A DNA stretch of 22,784 nt from Promethearchaeota archaeon (GTDB lineage: Archaea > Asgardarchaeota > Lokiarchaeia > Sigyniarchaeales > SOKP01), in NCBI GenBank assembly GCA_018238625.1, contig JABCSY010000065.1, positions 1-22,784 on the forward strand, written 5' to 3'. Under the pieces are notes generated by a model. The model was not told the DNA's origin and searched no databases. It saw nothing but the letters and a program-made list of their open reading frames with translations. Both the position numbers and the translations under genes were made by a program. Shown in pieces: positions 1 to 7,890 of the stretch; within the stretch, counting starts at the first letter, position 1; each line of letters opens with the position of its first letter.

Positions 1-1
1 A

Positions 2-2425
2 TTTCAAGTGGAATATGATTCAGGAGTCTTAATTTCAAAAATAATTGAAAAGAAAGAAATTTTAGAAGAATTTATAAATTTTAATCAGAATTTAGATATG
101 ACGAAATTTGGGTTTCCAGAAGAGAAAATCCTCATAGATAAGGATATTTTAAATGGGTTCTATAGAGAGTGTGCAAAAAAAGACTCAAATCTTGCAGATA
201 TTTTCTTGAATATTGTGAATCCCTTATTAGAAGGGAATAGCATATCCTTAAAAGAATTTAAACGGTTAGAAAATCTATTAGGTAAAAATATTTCACATAA
301 GAAAATAATCGGGAGGAAGAATCAAGTTTGTATCGAAGCCAATAAATCCAATGATTTAGCAGAGTTATTAGGTATTATATGGGGTAGAGGTCGCATTGAT
401 ATAAAGCATCCTAGATATGATTTATATATATACTTGAAGGGAATTCATAAAAATGATACATTTATTACATATTTAAAAAACATTATTACAAAAGTTTTAA
501 AAGTCAATGAAAATAAAATAGGAATTAGATCCAATAAAGAAAGTCTAAGATTAAGCAGTAAAGGTATAATATATGAGTTATTAACATTTGGCATATTCCC
601 TAAAAAAAGTCAATATTATCATACTATTCCCCTATGGATATTTGAAAATACATCTTTTATTTTATCCTTCTTAAAAGGTATTCTAAGTATAAATTCAATG
701 TTTTCCTTGCGTATAATTCAAGATAGTTCGATACCACGTTATAATTTGCAATTTCTTGTAAATAAGAATTCAGAAAAATATCTTAAAGCAGTCCAATTTC
801 TATTTCATTTGTTTGAACTTGAATGTAATATTTATAATAATTCACTTGTGATAGATAAAAAATCGGATTTAAATAGAATTATAAATGAGTTTTTACATCC
901 TTCTATTTGGAATCTTATGTACTTTTCTTTAGAAAATTCATTGGAAGATAAAAATATTGAATTATCAGATCTTTTAAATTACCACGAAAAAGTTTTGATA
1001 TCTTATAATAGGGACTTTGCTTATAATTTAATTAATCAGTTTGAACAACTAGGTAGTTTTGAATTAGTTAGGGATCATATCGGAAAAGATGGTATTTTGG
1101 GAATTGATCGTATTATTGATTATGTAAAAAAATTTTTTAAAGAAGCTGATTTGGTAGAAGTCTTTGGTGAAAATGCTTACTTTCATTGGTATTCAAATAA
1201 TAAATTGATTCATATCGGAAGAGATTTACAATCATCAAAGATTCCATTTAAAATATTAAAAATTATAATATGCAATATTTATGAAGTCTTAATAAACAAG
1301 AATTTCTTAGTTAGCAACGAATTCTTAATAAATCATTTAATAGATTTTTTTAATACAACTGAATTATTTAAGTTTCATAATATTGAAATTCCAAATATTC
1401 TAAAATTTGGCAGAATTTCATATTTATTGGAAAAAAAAACATCAAAGAAGCTATTGATAAATTTTTTCGATAATATCATAAAATTCGTAAGAAAAATTCA
1501 GTTCATTAATGAATCGGGATATACAACATCCTATACAAAACTGGCAGAAGAATTTAATTTAATTTTCTATCATCACCAACAAATTAAAGAAATCATTGAT
1601 GATTTAAACAACATTTTTAATATCTCTTTAAAAGTTCGCAAACGAAATAAATATGGAAAATACAAATGGACTTTAAATTTAATATTTAAATGGAATTATA
1701 AAAATTTCTATAAAATTAATGATAATTTACTAAAAAGGAAATTAGGAGAGATACTTAATATAGTTGAAAATGGAAACTATCATGATGAGATATTTGAATT
1801 AAGAAATCCTTCTTGTTCACAATTCTATATTAAAGGGGATGCATCACATCATTTAATGGATAGTGAGATTAATCATTTTAATGATCAGATGATTGATAGA
1901 AAAATTATTCTTAATGATCAATTTACAGAATTAGGTAGAAATCTTGTAAATTATGTTAATTCAGCAAGCGTTCATTACAAAGATAATGAAAGAGCTTTTA
2001 GTGAAAAAGGTAATAGAATTATACATGATTATTTGCAATCATATATTAGAGAGAGAGATACTAATATTATTGTTACTGAGTTCTTAATATGGCTACCTAT
2101 TAATGACTCATCCATTAATGCTGATTATATTTATGGACATATAGATTTTTTATTTTATTTTAATGATACTCTTTACGTTTGTGACTATAAACCATTAGAT
2201 AAGAATTTTTTTAGATCCCTCCCACAAGTATGCCTTTATGGATTGATTTTAGAGAAAATGTTAAATATTCCTAATCTAAAAATAAAATGTATTACATTTA
2301 ATCAAGAGCAGTCTTGGGAATTCTCTCCCTCAATTCTTAATACCCATGTCAAAGAAATAATCAAGAAGATACAAAAAATTAATCCTAGTGTTAAAATGGA
2401 GTGGAATCAATATTTAAAATTTTAA
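2..2425 (+). CDS. Large protein (5'-truncated by the window): degenerate double-motif LAGLIDADG/DOD-like domain plus C-terminal PD-(D/E)XK (RecB-like) nuclease domain
   Basis: The frame is open to the window edge (TTT CAA GTG...). LAGLIDADG-like helix 1 LAELLGIIWGRGRI (aa ~117-130), IPLWI, and helix 2 FLKGILSINS (aa ~221-230). C-terminal E...GHID...DYKP...QVCLY (nt ~2135-2239) fits PD-(D/E)XK motifs II/III plus QxxxY. Confidence 0.7.
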   Translation, partial: FQVEYDSGVLISKIIEKKEILEEFINFNQNLDMTKFGFPEEKILIDKDILNGFYRECAKKDSNLADIFLNIVNPLLEGNSISLKEFKRLENLLGKNISHKKIIGRKNQVCIEANKSNDLAELLGIIWGRGRIDIKHPRYDLYIYLKGIHKNDTFITYLKNIITKVLKVNENKIGIRSNKESLRLSSKGIIYELLTFGIFPKKSQYYHTIPLWIFENTSFILSFLKGILSINSMFSLRIIQDSSIPRYNLQFLVNKNSEKYLKAVQFLFHLFELECNIYNNSLVIDKKSDLNRIINEFLHPSIWNLMYFSLENSLEDKNIELSDLLNYHEKVLISYNRDFAYNLINQFEQLGSFELVRDHIGKDGILGIDRIIDYVKKFFKEADLVEVFGENAYFHWYSNNKLIHIGRDLQSSKIPFKILKIIICNIYEVLINKNFLVSNEFLINHLIDFFNTTELFKFHNIEIPNILKFGRISYLLEKKTSKKLLINFFDNIIKFVRKIQFINESGYTTSYTKLAEEFNLIFYHHQQIKEIIDDLNNIFNISLKVRKRNKYGKYKWTLNLIFKWNYKNFYKINDNLLKRKLGEILNIVENGNYHDEIFELRNPSCSQFYIKGDASHHLMDSEINHFNDQMIDRKIILNDQFTELGRNLVNYVNSASVHYKDNERAFSEKGNRIIHDYLQSYIRERDTNIIVTEFLIWLPINDSSINADYIYGHIDFLFYFNDTLYVCDYKPLDKNFFRSLPQVCLYGLILEKMLNIPNLKIKCITFNQEQSWEFSPSILNTHVKEIIKKIQKINPSVKMEWNQYLKF

Positions 2426-2967
2426 TTCTTTTTATATGTTGGATTGTAACCAACGAAAGAAGAACCAAGTTAGAAATTCTAAACAACGAGAAACTATCAA
2501 AAATTCTTAACTTCATTGAAGAAAATCCAGGTATTCACGCGAGGAACGAAAAAATCGAAAAAGAATTAAGAATAACGAGGACTCCCTTCCTAAAACATAT
2601 AATGACATTAGAACGCTTTAAACTTATCAGATCGAAAAAAATAGGGAAGTCTTTGCATTATTTCTTGGTTGATGTTCCCGAGGATTACGATAAATATAAG
2701 GTGATATTTTCAAACTCCTTAATCCCAAAATTAATTGAGGAAATTTTTAAAGATGAGGGCATTGCCATTTCAAAAATAGGAGAAATCCTTGATGTTTATT
2801 CTGGGACAATTCAATATCACATGAAAAAGTTAAAAGACTTGGATTTAATAAAGTCTGTTAAGGATAAACAAAATCAAAAAATACATTTGGTTAATATTGA
2901 ACTGCTCAAAAAGTTTAACGAGTTTTTCAAAGAACCTAACTTTTCTAAATTATTACAAGGTTTATGA
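2401..2967 (+). CDS. Tandem winged helix-turn-helix protein (COG3398-like, two HTH domains); start uncertain, possibly the C-terminal remnant of a longer gene
   Basis: wHTH1 KILNFIEENPGIH...KHIMTLERFKLIRSKKIG; wHTH2 EGIAISKIGEILDVYSGTIQYHMKKLKDLDLIKS. The GTG start overlaps the upstream ORF by 25 nt. Confidence 0.7.
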   Translation: MESIFKILILFICWIVTNERRTKLEILNNEKLSKILNFIEENPGIHARNEKIEKELRITRTPFLKHIMTLERFKLIRSKKIGKSLHYFLVDVPEDYDKYKVIFSNSLIPKLIEEIFKDEGIAISKIGEILDVYSGTIQYHMKKLKDLDLIKSVKDKQNQKIHLVNIELLKKFNEFFKEPNFSKLLQGL

Positions 2968-2971
2968 TTGT

Positions 2972-3850
2972 TTAAACTAAACTGTGTTGTATTTTTGGAA
3001 GGGTTTTTATTAAAATTTTAATTGCGTTATCAACCCCAAGCAACATATCAGGATGGATCTCGTTTGAATTAAGTAGATCAAACTGAGGATGACCTGGTAA
3101 ATCTGATACTGAAAGAATTGAAGCGGTTTTTAAGTTATAGAGTTGGCCTAACAAAAATAAAATCGAAGATTCCATATCGATTGCTTTGATATTGATTGCT
3201 TTTAATGCTCGTATAAATTCAAATGTTTCACAAAATAACGCATCTGTCGTCCAGAGAAGTACTTCCTTTGCTTTTTCGGGATTGAAAGCACGAGCTTCTT
3301 TGATTAATAACCCCTTTAAAATTTCATTTGGTTTTGAAATAAAAACAGTGTGATTTCCTGCAATTACATTTTGAACAGTTGATAAAGGATTACTTATTGA
3401 TTCTAGTTGATTTAATAAACTCTGATTAGCTCTAATATATTGAGGGGTCGTTCCATCATCGCAGTAAGCCAATTTTGGAACCACAACATCGCCAATATCA
3501 ATACCGGTATTCTCTCCATATAAGCCTCCACAAAAATCCACTCTAACAATAACTTTTGCTTTAGAACGTTTTAAACATTCTATTGTAAGCGCTGCGTTTG
3601 GACATCCTACTTGAGAACGAATTACGCTTACTCTAATTCCGTTTAATAATCCGTTATAAACTCTACCATGAACAATTTTATTTTGTAACTTATTAACTAA
3701 CTTTTTCATTACAATCTTAACTGCGGGCATTATAACAATCTCATTAATGTTTGAAGAGCTAGTTTCTAATATCATTCTCACTATCTTTTCGTCAACGCTG
3801 ATAAATTTCAACCCCAAATTAAGCATTTGGCCTTTTATTTTATTTAACAT
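2972..3850 (-). CDS. Nucleoside phosphorylase, PNP/UDP family 1 (purine/uridine phosphorylase-like); alternative ATG at 3826
   Basis: Motifs VGCPNAA, IVRVDFCGGL, IGDVVVP, DDGTT, WTTDALFCET, AIDMESS, SVSD follow the NP-I family order. Confidence 0.8.
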   Translation of the reverse strand: MLNKIKGQMLNLGLKFISVDEKIVRMILETSSSNINEIVIMPAVKIVMKKLVNKLQNKIVHGRVYNGLLNGIRVSVIRSQVGCPNAALTIECLKRSKAKVIVRVDFCGGLYGENTGIDIGDVVVPKLAYCDDGTTPQYIRANQSLLNQLESISNPLSTVQNVIAGNHTVFISKPNEILKGLLIKEARAFNPEKAKEVLLWTTDALFCETFEFIRALKAINIKAIDMESSILFLLGQLYNLKTASILSVSDLPGHPQFDLLNSNEIHPDMLLGVDNAIKILIKTLPKIQHSLV

Positions 3851-4010
3851 TTTACTTCGAAAATATTTAAATCCGTTTTTAATTATATTTTATAAGTCGC
3901 TTGGTAATTACTGAGCTACTTATATTTCTAAATAATAATTTTTAATATTTATAAAGTAGTTTATAATTATAAACTGCTCGAATGCAAAGAAAAAATAGTG
4001 GCACTCAGAT

Positions 4011-5300
4011 ATGAAAAAACAATACATTGTTAATAAAAAAATTACAAACGAATTTGTTGAAAAATACACAAAAACGACATATCGCATAATAGGCAAGAAT
4101 AAGCACACCGCAATTAAACCTTGTCATTGGTTAGAACAAAAATTATTGACAGGTAGAGATAATCGAAATTGTTATAAAGGAGTTTTTGGTATTCAAAGCC
4201 ACAGGTGTTTACAAAATACTCCTTCTATGCCGTTCTGTAACCATCAATGCGTTTTTTGTTGGAGAGATATTGAAGAAGGAAGTTTGGGCGGTGAATTTAT
4301 TGTTGAACCGGACGAGCCAAAAGATCTAGTTGATGAAATGATCCGTCATCAGCGTGATATTATAAAAAATCATTTGCCATTAAGGAGATATCTTGAAAAT
4401 TACGAAATTATGGTGGACATGCTCAATTTTATGTTATCGAACGATGAAGATCATAATACAAATTCACTTTCGAGAACCCTTCATGTAAGTAAAAACAAGG
4501 TTAACCGCGCTGTTAATTTACTAAAAAATCAAGGATTTATTACGGCTATAGATGATTCTTTGAAAAATTATAGAATCGAGAAAGAGATTTCATGCTGTAT
4601 TGATTCACGAGACGAAATCGTAAAGCTATTCAATTTAACATTAACGACACCTGATGAGATAATGCAGGTTCATGGCGAAGCAATGAATCCAAATCACGCA
4701 GCAATATCGCTTGATGGAGAACCGCTATTGTATCCCCAAATAGGCGGATTAGTCGAAGAATTCCGGAATCGCAACATGACTTCATTTATTGTAACTAACG
4801 GAACGCTACCAGAAAAGATTGAAAGTTTAAATTCATTACCTTCCCAACTATATATAACCTTACCTGCACCAAATGAGACGGTGTATAAAAAAGTTTGCCG
4901 CCCTATGATTAAAAATGGGTGGAGTAAAATATCGGACACCTTAGATTTAGTTGAAAGTTTATCTTGTAGAAGCTTAGTAAGAATAACAGCTGTAAAAAAC
5001 TTAAATTTCTCTGAAAATTACATAAAGGACTATATTAAATTAATTGATAAAGCTAATCCAAATTTTTTTGAAATAAAAGGATTTACATTACAGGCAAAAG
5101 CACTCAAGATCAACGAAAGGCTAAAAAGCGATAAAACACTTCAATATTACTTCCCAGAATATGAATATTTAGAAGAATTAGCTCTAAAGTTCGAAAAGAT
5201 TGGAAATTTTCCTTTAATATACACAAATAAGGTAAGTAGGGACTTTTTGTTTGCCGTAAATTGGGATAAAGACAAAGACCCAAAAATAACAACACCATAA
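4011..5300 (+). CDS. taw1: 4-demethylwyosine synthase Taw1/TYW1 (radical SAM tRNA modification enzyme) with an internal insertion
   Basis: HTAIKPCHW, CYK, GIQSHRCLQNTP, radical SAM CxxxCxxC (CNHQCVFCWR), HAAISLDGEP, VTNGTLPE, PSQLYITL. Confidence 0.93.
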   Translation: MKKQYIVNKKITNEFVEKYTKTTYRIIGKNKHTAIKPCHWLEQKLLTGRDNRNCYKGVFGIQSHRCLQNTPSMPFCNHQCVFCWRDIEEGSLGGEFIVEPDEPKDLVDEMIRHQRDIIKNHLPLRRYLENYEIMVDMLNFMLSNDEDHNTNSLSRTLHVSKNKVNRAVNLLKNQGFITAIDDSLKNYRIEKEISCCIDSRDEIVKLFNLTLTTPDEIMQVHGEAMNPNHAAISLDGEPLLYPQIGGLVEEFRNRNMTSFIVTNGTLPEKIESLNSLPSQLYITLPAPNETVYKKVCRPMIKNGWSKISDTLDLVESLSCRSLVRITAVKNLNFSENYIKDYIKLIDKANPNFFEIKGFTLQAKALKINERLKSDKTLQYYFPEYEYLEELALKFEKIGNFPLIYTNKVSRDFLFAVNWDKDKDPKITTP

Positions 5301-5324
5301 TAACATATAAAAGAGTTTTACAAC

Positions 5325-5954
5325 TTATTTTTTTAGGTGTGTATTTATAGTGCGTTTCAGTTTGGCTAAATTTGTTTTCTTTAACGCAGAGAATTCTAAA
5401 TAGGGCGTTTTAGAGCGATCGTTATCAATTCTCTCGTTTACATGAATTAGATTTAGTCCATAATCCTTAGCGGTATTAATAAATAAAGAGATTATTCTCT
5501 TCTTATCAAAAACTGAGATTTTATCTATTTTATTCAAAACAACCAAAAGAGGAATGTCAAATTCTTTTAAAAATTTAATTAATTCAAACGTTAACGGAAT
5601 TGTAATTTGACTTTGAAAGTGATATTTTTTTAACTCATCTTCAATTCTTAAAATATTTATTACTACTAAACCAAAAAAGTATTCATCATGATGCTTTTCG
5701 ATGTGAACAACTAATTGCTTCTTTATGTGTTCCTCTCTGCGTCGACTAGGACTTTTCATATAACCAAAACCAGGCAAATCTAAAATGTCGTACGGCATTT
5801 TAGGTATTTTTAAAGGCTTAATTAGTAAAGTGCTTCCTGGCTTTTTTCCAGTTTTTCCTTTAAACTTTCTCGGATTTGGAAGCAAAAGTTTGGTAATTGA
5901 GCTCTTTCCTACATTACTATTCCCAATAATTAAAAGAGAAGGTTTATCTACCAT
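5325..5954 (-). CDS. engB: EngB/YihA/YsxC-family GTPase (large subunit biogenesis); likely start ATG 5954 rather than 6005
   Basis: G1 GNSNVGKS, G2 region GKKPGST, G3 DLPGFGY, G4 NKID, G5 FSALK. The longer ORF overlaps the upstream gene. Confidence 0.85.
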   Translation of the reverse strand: MVDKPSLLIIGNSNVGKSSITKLLLPNPRKFKGKTGKKPGSTLLIKPLKIPKMPYDILDLPGFGYMKSPSRRREEHIKKQLVVHIEKHHDEYFFGLVVINILRIEDELKKYHFQSQITIPLTFELIKFLKEFDIPLLVVLNKIDKISVFDKKRIISLFINTAKDYGLNLIHVNERIDNDRSKTPYLEFSALKKTNLAKLKRTINTHLKK

Positions 5955-5994
5955 GACTGTTAACCATTTTTTATTATAAATATATTGAAGAATT

Positions 5995-6912
5995 CTATAT
6001 ATCAAGAAATTCGTCTTTTAGAAAATCTGTGTACATTTTTTTCTTTTCTACTTCTTTTAGAATAGGCCTTGTACTGATAGGTTCTCCAACTTCTTCTAAA
6101 ATTTCGCTCATACTTTTTATTCCTATATTGATTTTGAATTTACCTCCTTTCATATATTTAACAACTTTCTTATCGTTCAGAGTAAGTCTCAATATGTAAC
6201 CTAATCCAAAATAGAATTGATTTTCCGGGATGGGATCAATGGGGCTTTTGCTCGTAACTTCTTTCAGTACATCATAAAGTAACACCTTACTCGCGACGTG
6301 ATCTTCTGCTTGAAAAACTAAATAATAAAGAGAGTGGTACCAAATTTTATCGCGTTTATTCTTGGCCCGTTCTAAAAACATTTCTGGAGTTATAATTTCC
6401 TTCTCTTTTTCTTTTTTCCGCTCTATTAGTTCTTGTTTGATACGTTCTTCTAATTCTGAAGACACCCCTCTGCTAACGGGAGCTTGGATAATGCCTTCCT
6501 CAGTTACTTGGCTATCTTCTTGTTTTACTGTTTCTATAGCTTTTTGCATATCCTGAAGCTCGTCAAAATCGATTTCTTCAAGATCAGAGAAATCGCTAAT
6601 CATCGCTTCCTTTTGTGCTAAGTAATCTTCGCGTTCATTTGTTTGGAGCTTAGATCCAATTAACTCAAGTTCTTTTGATATTCCCTCTTCAATAGCTTCT
6701 TCGCTTTCTAAGGACTCAAGTTCTTTAACTTTTGCTATTGCTTCTTGCATTTCTTTTAATTCGTCGAGGTCTAAATCTTCCAAATCAGAAAAGTCAGTTT
6801 CGAGATTTTTCATATCTAATAGATAGGTTTCTAAATCATCTTGGTCTTGTGTTGGCTCTTGTTCGTCATCATTGTTTTTTTCTTCGTTTTGATTTTCTCG
6901 ATCTTCGGTCAT
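5995..6912 (-). CDS. Hypothetical protein: acidic N-terminal half with two 37-aa repeats and a globular C-terminal domain
   Basis: 305-aa ORF, ATG preceded by SD-like GTGAT; D/E-rich N-terminus; co-oriented with engB, 40 nt upstream of its likely ATG. Confidence 0.8.
   Translation of the reverse strand: MTEDRENQNEEKNNDDEQEPTQDQDDLETYLLDMKNLETDFSDLEDLDLDELKEMQEAIAKVKELESLESEEAIEEGISKELELIGSKLQTNEREDYLAQKEAMISDFSDLEEIDFDELQDMQKAIETVKQEDSQVTEEGIIQAPVSRGVSSELEERIKQELIERKKEKEKEIITPEMFLERAKNKRDKIWYHSLYYLVFQAEDHVASKVLLYDVLKEVTSKSPIDPIPENQFYFGLGYILRLTLNDKKVVKYMKGGKFKINIGIKSMSEILEEVGEPISTRPILKEVEKKKMYTDFLKDEFLDI
6520..6831 (-). repeat. Intragenic protein-level repeat (2 copies, aa 28-64 and 95-131)
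   Basis: ETYLLDMKNLETDFSDLEDLDLDELKEMQEAIAKVKE vs EDYLAQKEAMISDFSDLEEIDFDELQDMQKAIETVKQ. Confidence 0.85.
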
Positions 6913-7061
6913 TTAGATCACTTTCTATCTAATTAATTCTCAAAATACCTTTAATATTAATAATAACCTTTAATTCTTTAAATGTTAAGATTTGTATATA
7001 TAAATAATTTGAAACATTTTATTAATAATAATTAAATAAAGACCTTTTTTCACGTAATATT
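6913..7061. promoter_or_regulatory. Divergent promoter region (hypothetical-engB versus Rab-like GTPase)
   Basis: Intergenic region between divergent genes; TATA-like TATATATAAA at 6995-7004; short direct repeat ACCTTTAAT x2. Exact elements are uncertain in AT-rich DNA. Confidence 0.4.
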
Positions 7062-7622
7062 ATGTCAAACGAAGAAAAAGAGTATAAATTTAAGATAACC
7101 GTAGTGGGAGATCCCTCCGTTGGAAAAACAACTTTGGTTAAAAAGTATACTACTGGATCGTTTCAAAAGGATTATATCGCCACTCTAGGCGCCCAGTTTT
7201 CGAAATACGAAGAGGTTGTAGAAGGAAACCAAATTAAGTTATTCATTTGGGACATCGCGGGGCAAAACGCTTTTGAAACTATGCGTAGTAAGTTTTATAA
7301 TGGAAGTAGCGCAGCAATTATAGTATTTTCTCACGCACCAGAAGAAGTAACAAGTTTTAATCACATAGATAAATGGCTTAAAGAACTTAATGAATATTGT
7401 GGAAATATTCCAATTGCATTATTTGGAAATAAGATCGATTTAATTGATGAAAAAGACTTAGCTCTAAACGAGGATAAAGTAAATTCCGATTTCAACGTTG
7501 AAAAATATTCGAAAGATCATAATTTCATAGGATATTTTAAAACAAGCGCTTTAACAGGTCATGGTGTTATTGAAGCGTTTCAAAAGTTAGTTAGAGACCT
7601 TTACTTTAAAACTACTGTATAA
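7062..7622 (+). CDS. Rab-like small GTPase (Ras superfamily, eukaryotic signature protein)
   Basis: G1 GDPSVGKT, G2 YIATLG, G3 WDIAGQ, G4 GNKID, G5 TSAL; RabF-like LGAQF, KLFIW, FYNGS; no C-terminal cysteine motif. Confidence 0.93.
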   Translation: MSNEEKEYKFKITVVGDPSVGKTTLVKKYTTGSFQKDYIATLGAQFSKYEEVVEGNQIKLFIWDIAGQNAFETMRSKFYNGSSAAIIVFSHAPEEVTSFNHIDKWLKELNEYCGNIPIALFGNKIDLIDEKDLALNEDKVNSDFNVEKYSKDHNFIGYFKTSALTGHGVIEAFQKLVRDLYFKTTV

Positions 7623-7627
7623 TTTAA

Positions 7628-7852
7628 ATTTCCTTATTTATTCAACAAATTGTTGATAAATGGCTCAATGAACTTAAAGAACATTGTGGAAGCATTCCAA
7701 TAGCGCTTTTTGGTAATAAGATCGATCTAATTGATGAAAACGAGTTATCATTGAATAAAGACAAAGCAACTTCAGATTATAATGTTGGAAGATGTGTAAT
7801 CGAAGCGTTTCAAGCTTTGGTTAGGAAGCTCTATTTAAAAACTAAAATGTAA
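7628..7852 (+). pseudogene. 3' remnant of a second Rab-like GTPase paralog (no start codon, lacks G1-G3, in-frame deletion of G5)
   Basis: 7655-7852 translates to DKWLNELKEHCGSIPIALFGNKIDLIDENELSLNKDKATSDYNV-GRCVIEAFQALVRKLYLKTKM*, 47/65 identical by hand alignment to the C-terminus of 7062-7622. In-frame TAA at 7625-7627. Confidence 0.9.
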
Positions 7853-7890
7853 TAAATATAATATAAAAGAAACAGAAATAATAAAAAAAT

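Noticed and set aside
347-901. LAGLIDADG region as part of an intein or an active homing endonuclease
   Set aside because: No Hint-domain termini (C/S start block, HN-C/S/T end) are visible and both catalytic acidic positions are substituted.
2024-2425. Cas4 / CRISPR association of the PD-(D/E)XK domain
   Set aside because: No Fe-S cysteine cluster at the C-terminus, and no repeat-spacer array or cas genes in the window.
4404-4580. Calling the Taw1 insert a true Z-alpha (Z-DNA/Z-RNA binding) domain
   Set aside because: The Asn-Arg pair is present, but the essential Tyr and the PPxW wing are missing; only a generic wHTH is supportable.
7600-7660. Programmed frameshift or readthrough joining the Rab-like gene to its downstream copy
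   Set aside because: The copy's frame has a TAA at 7625-7627, after the gene's own stop at 7620-7622, and there is no slippery site or stimulatory structure between them.
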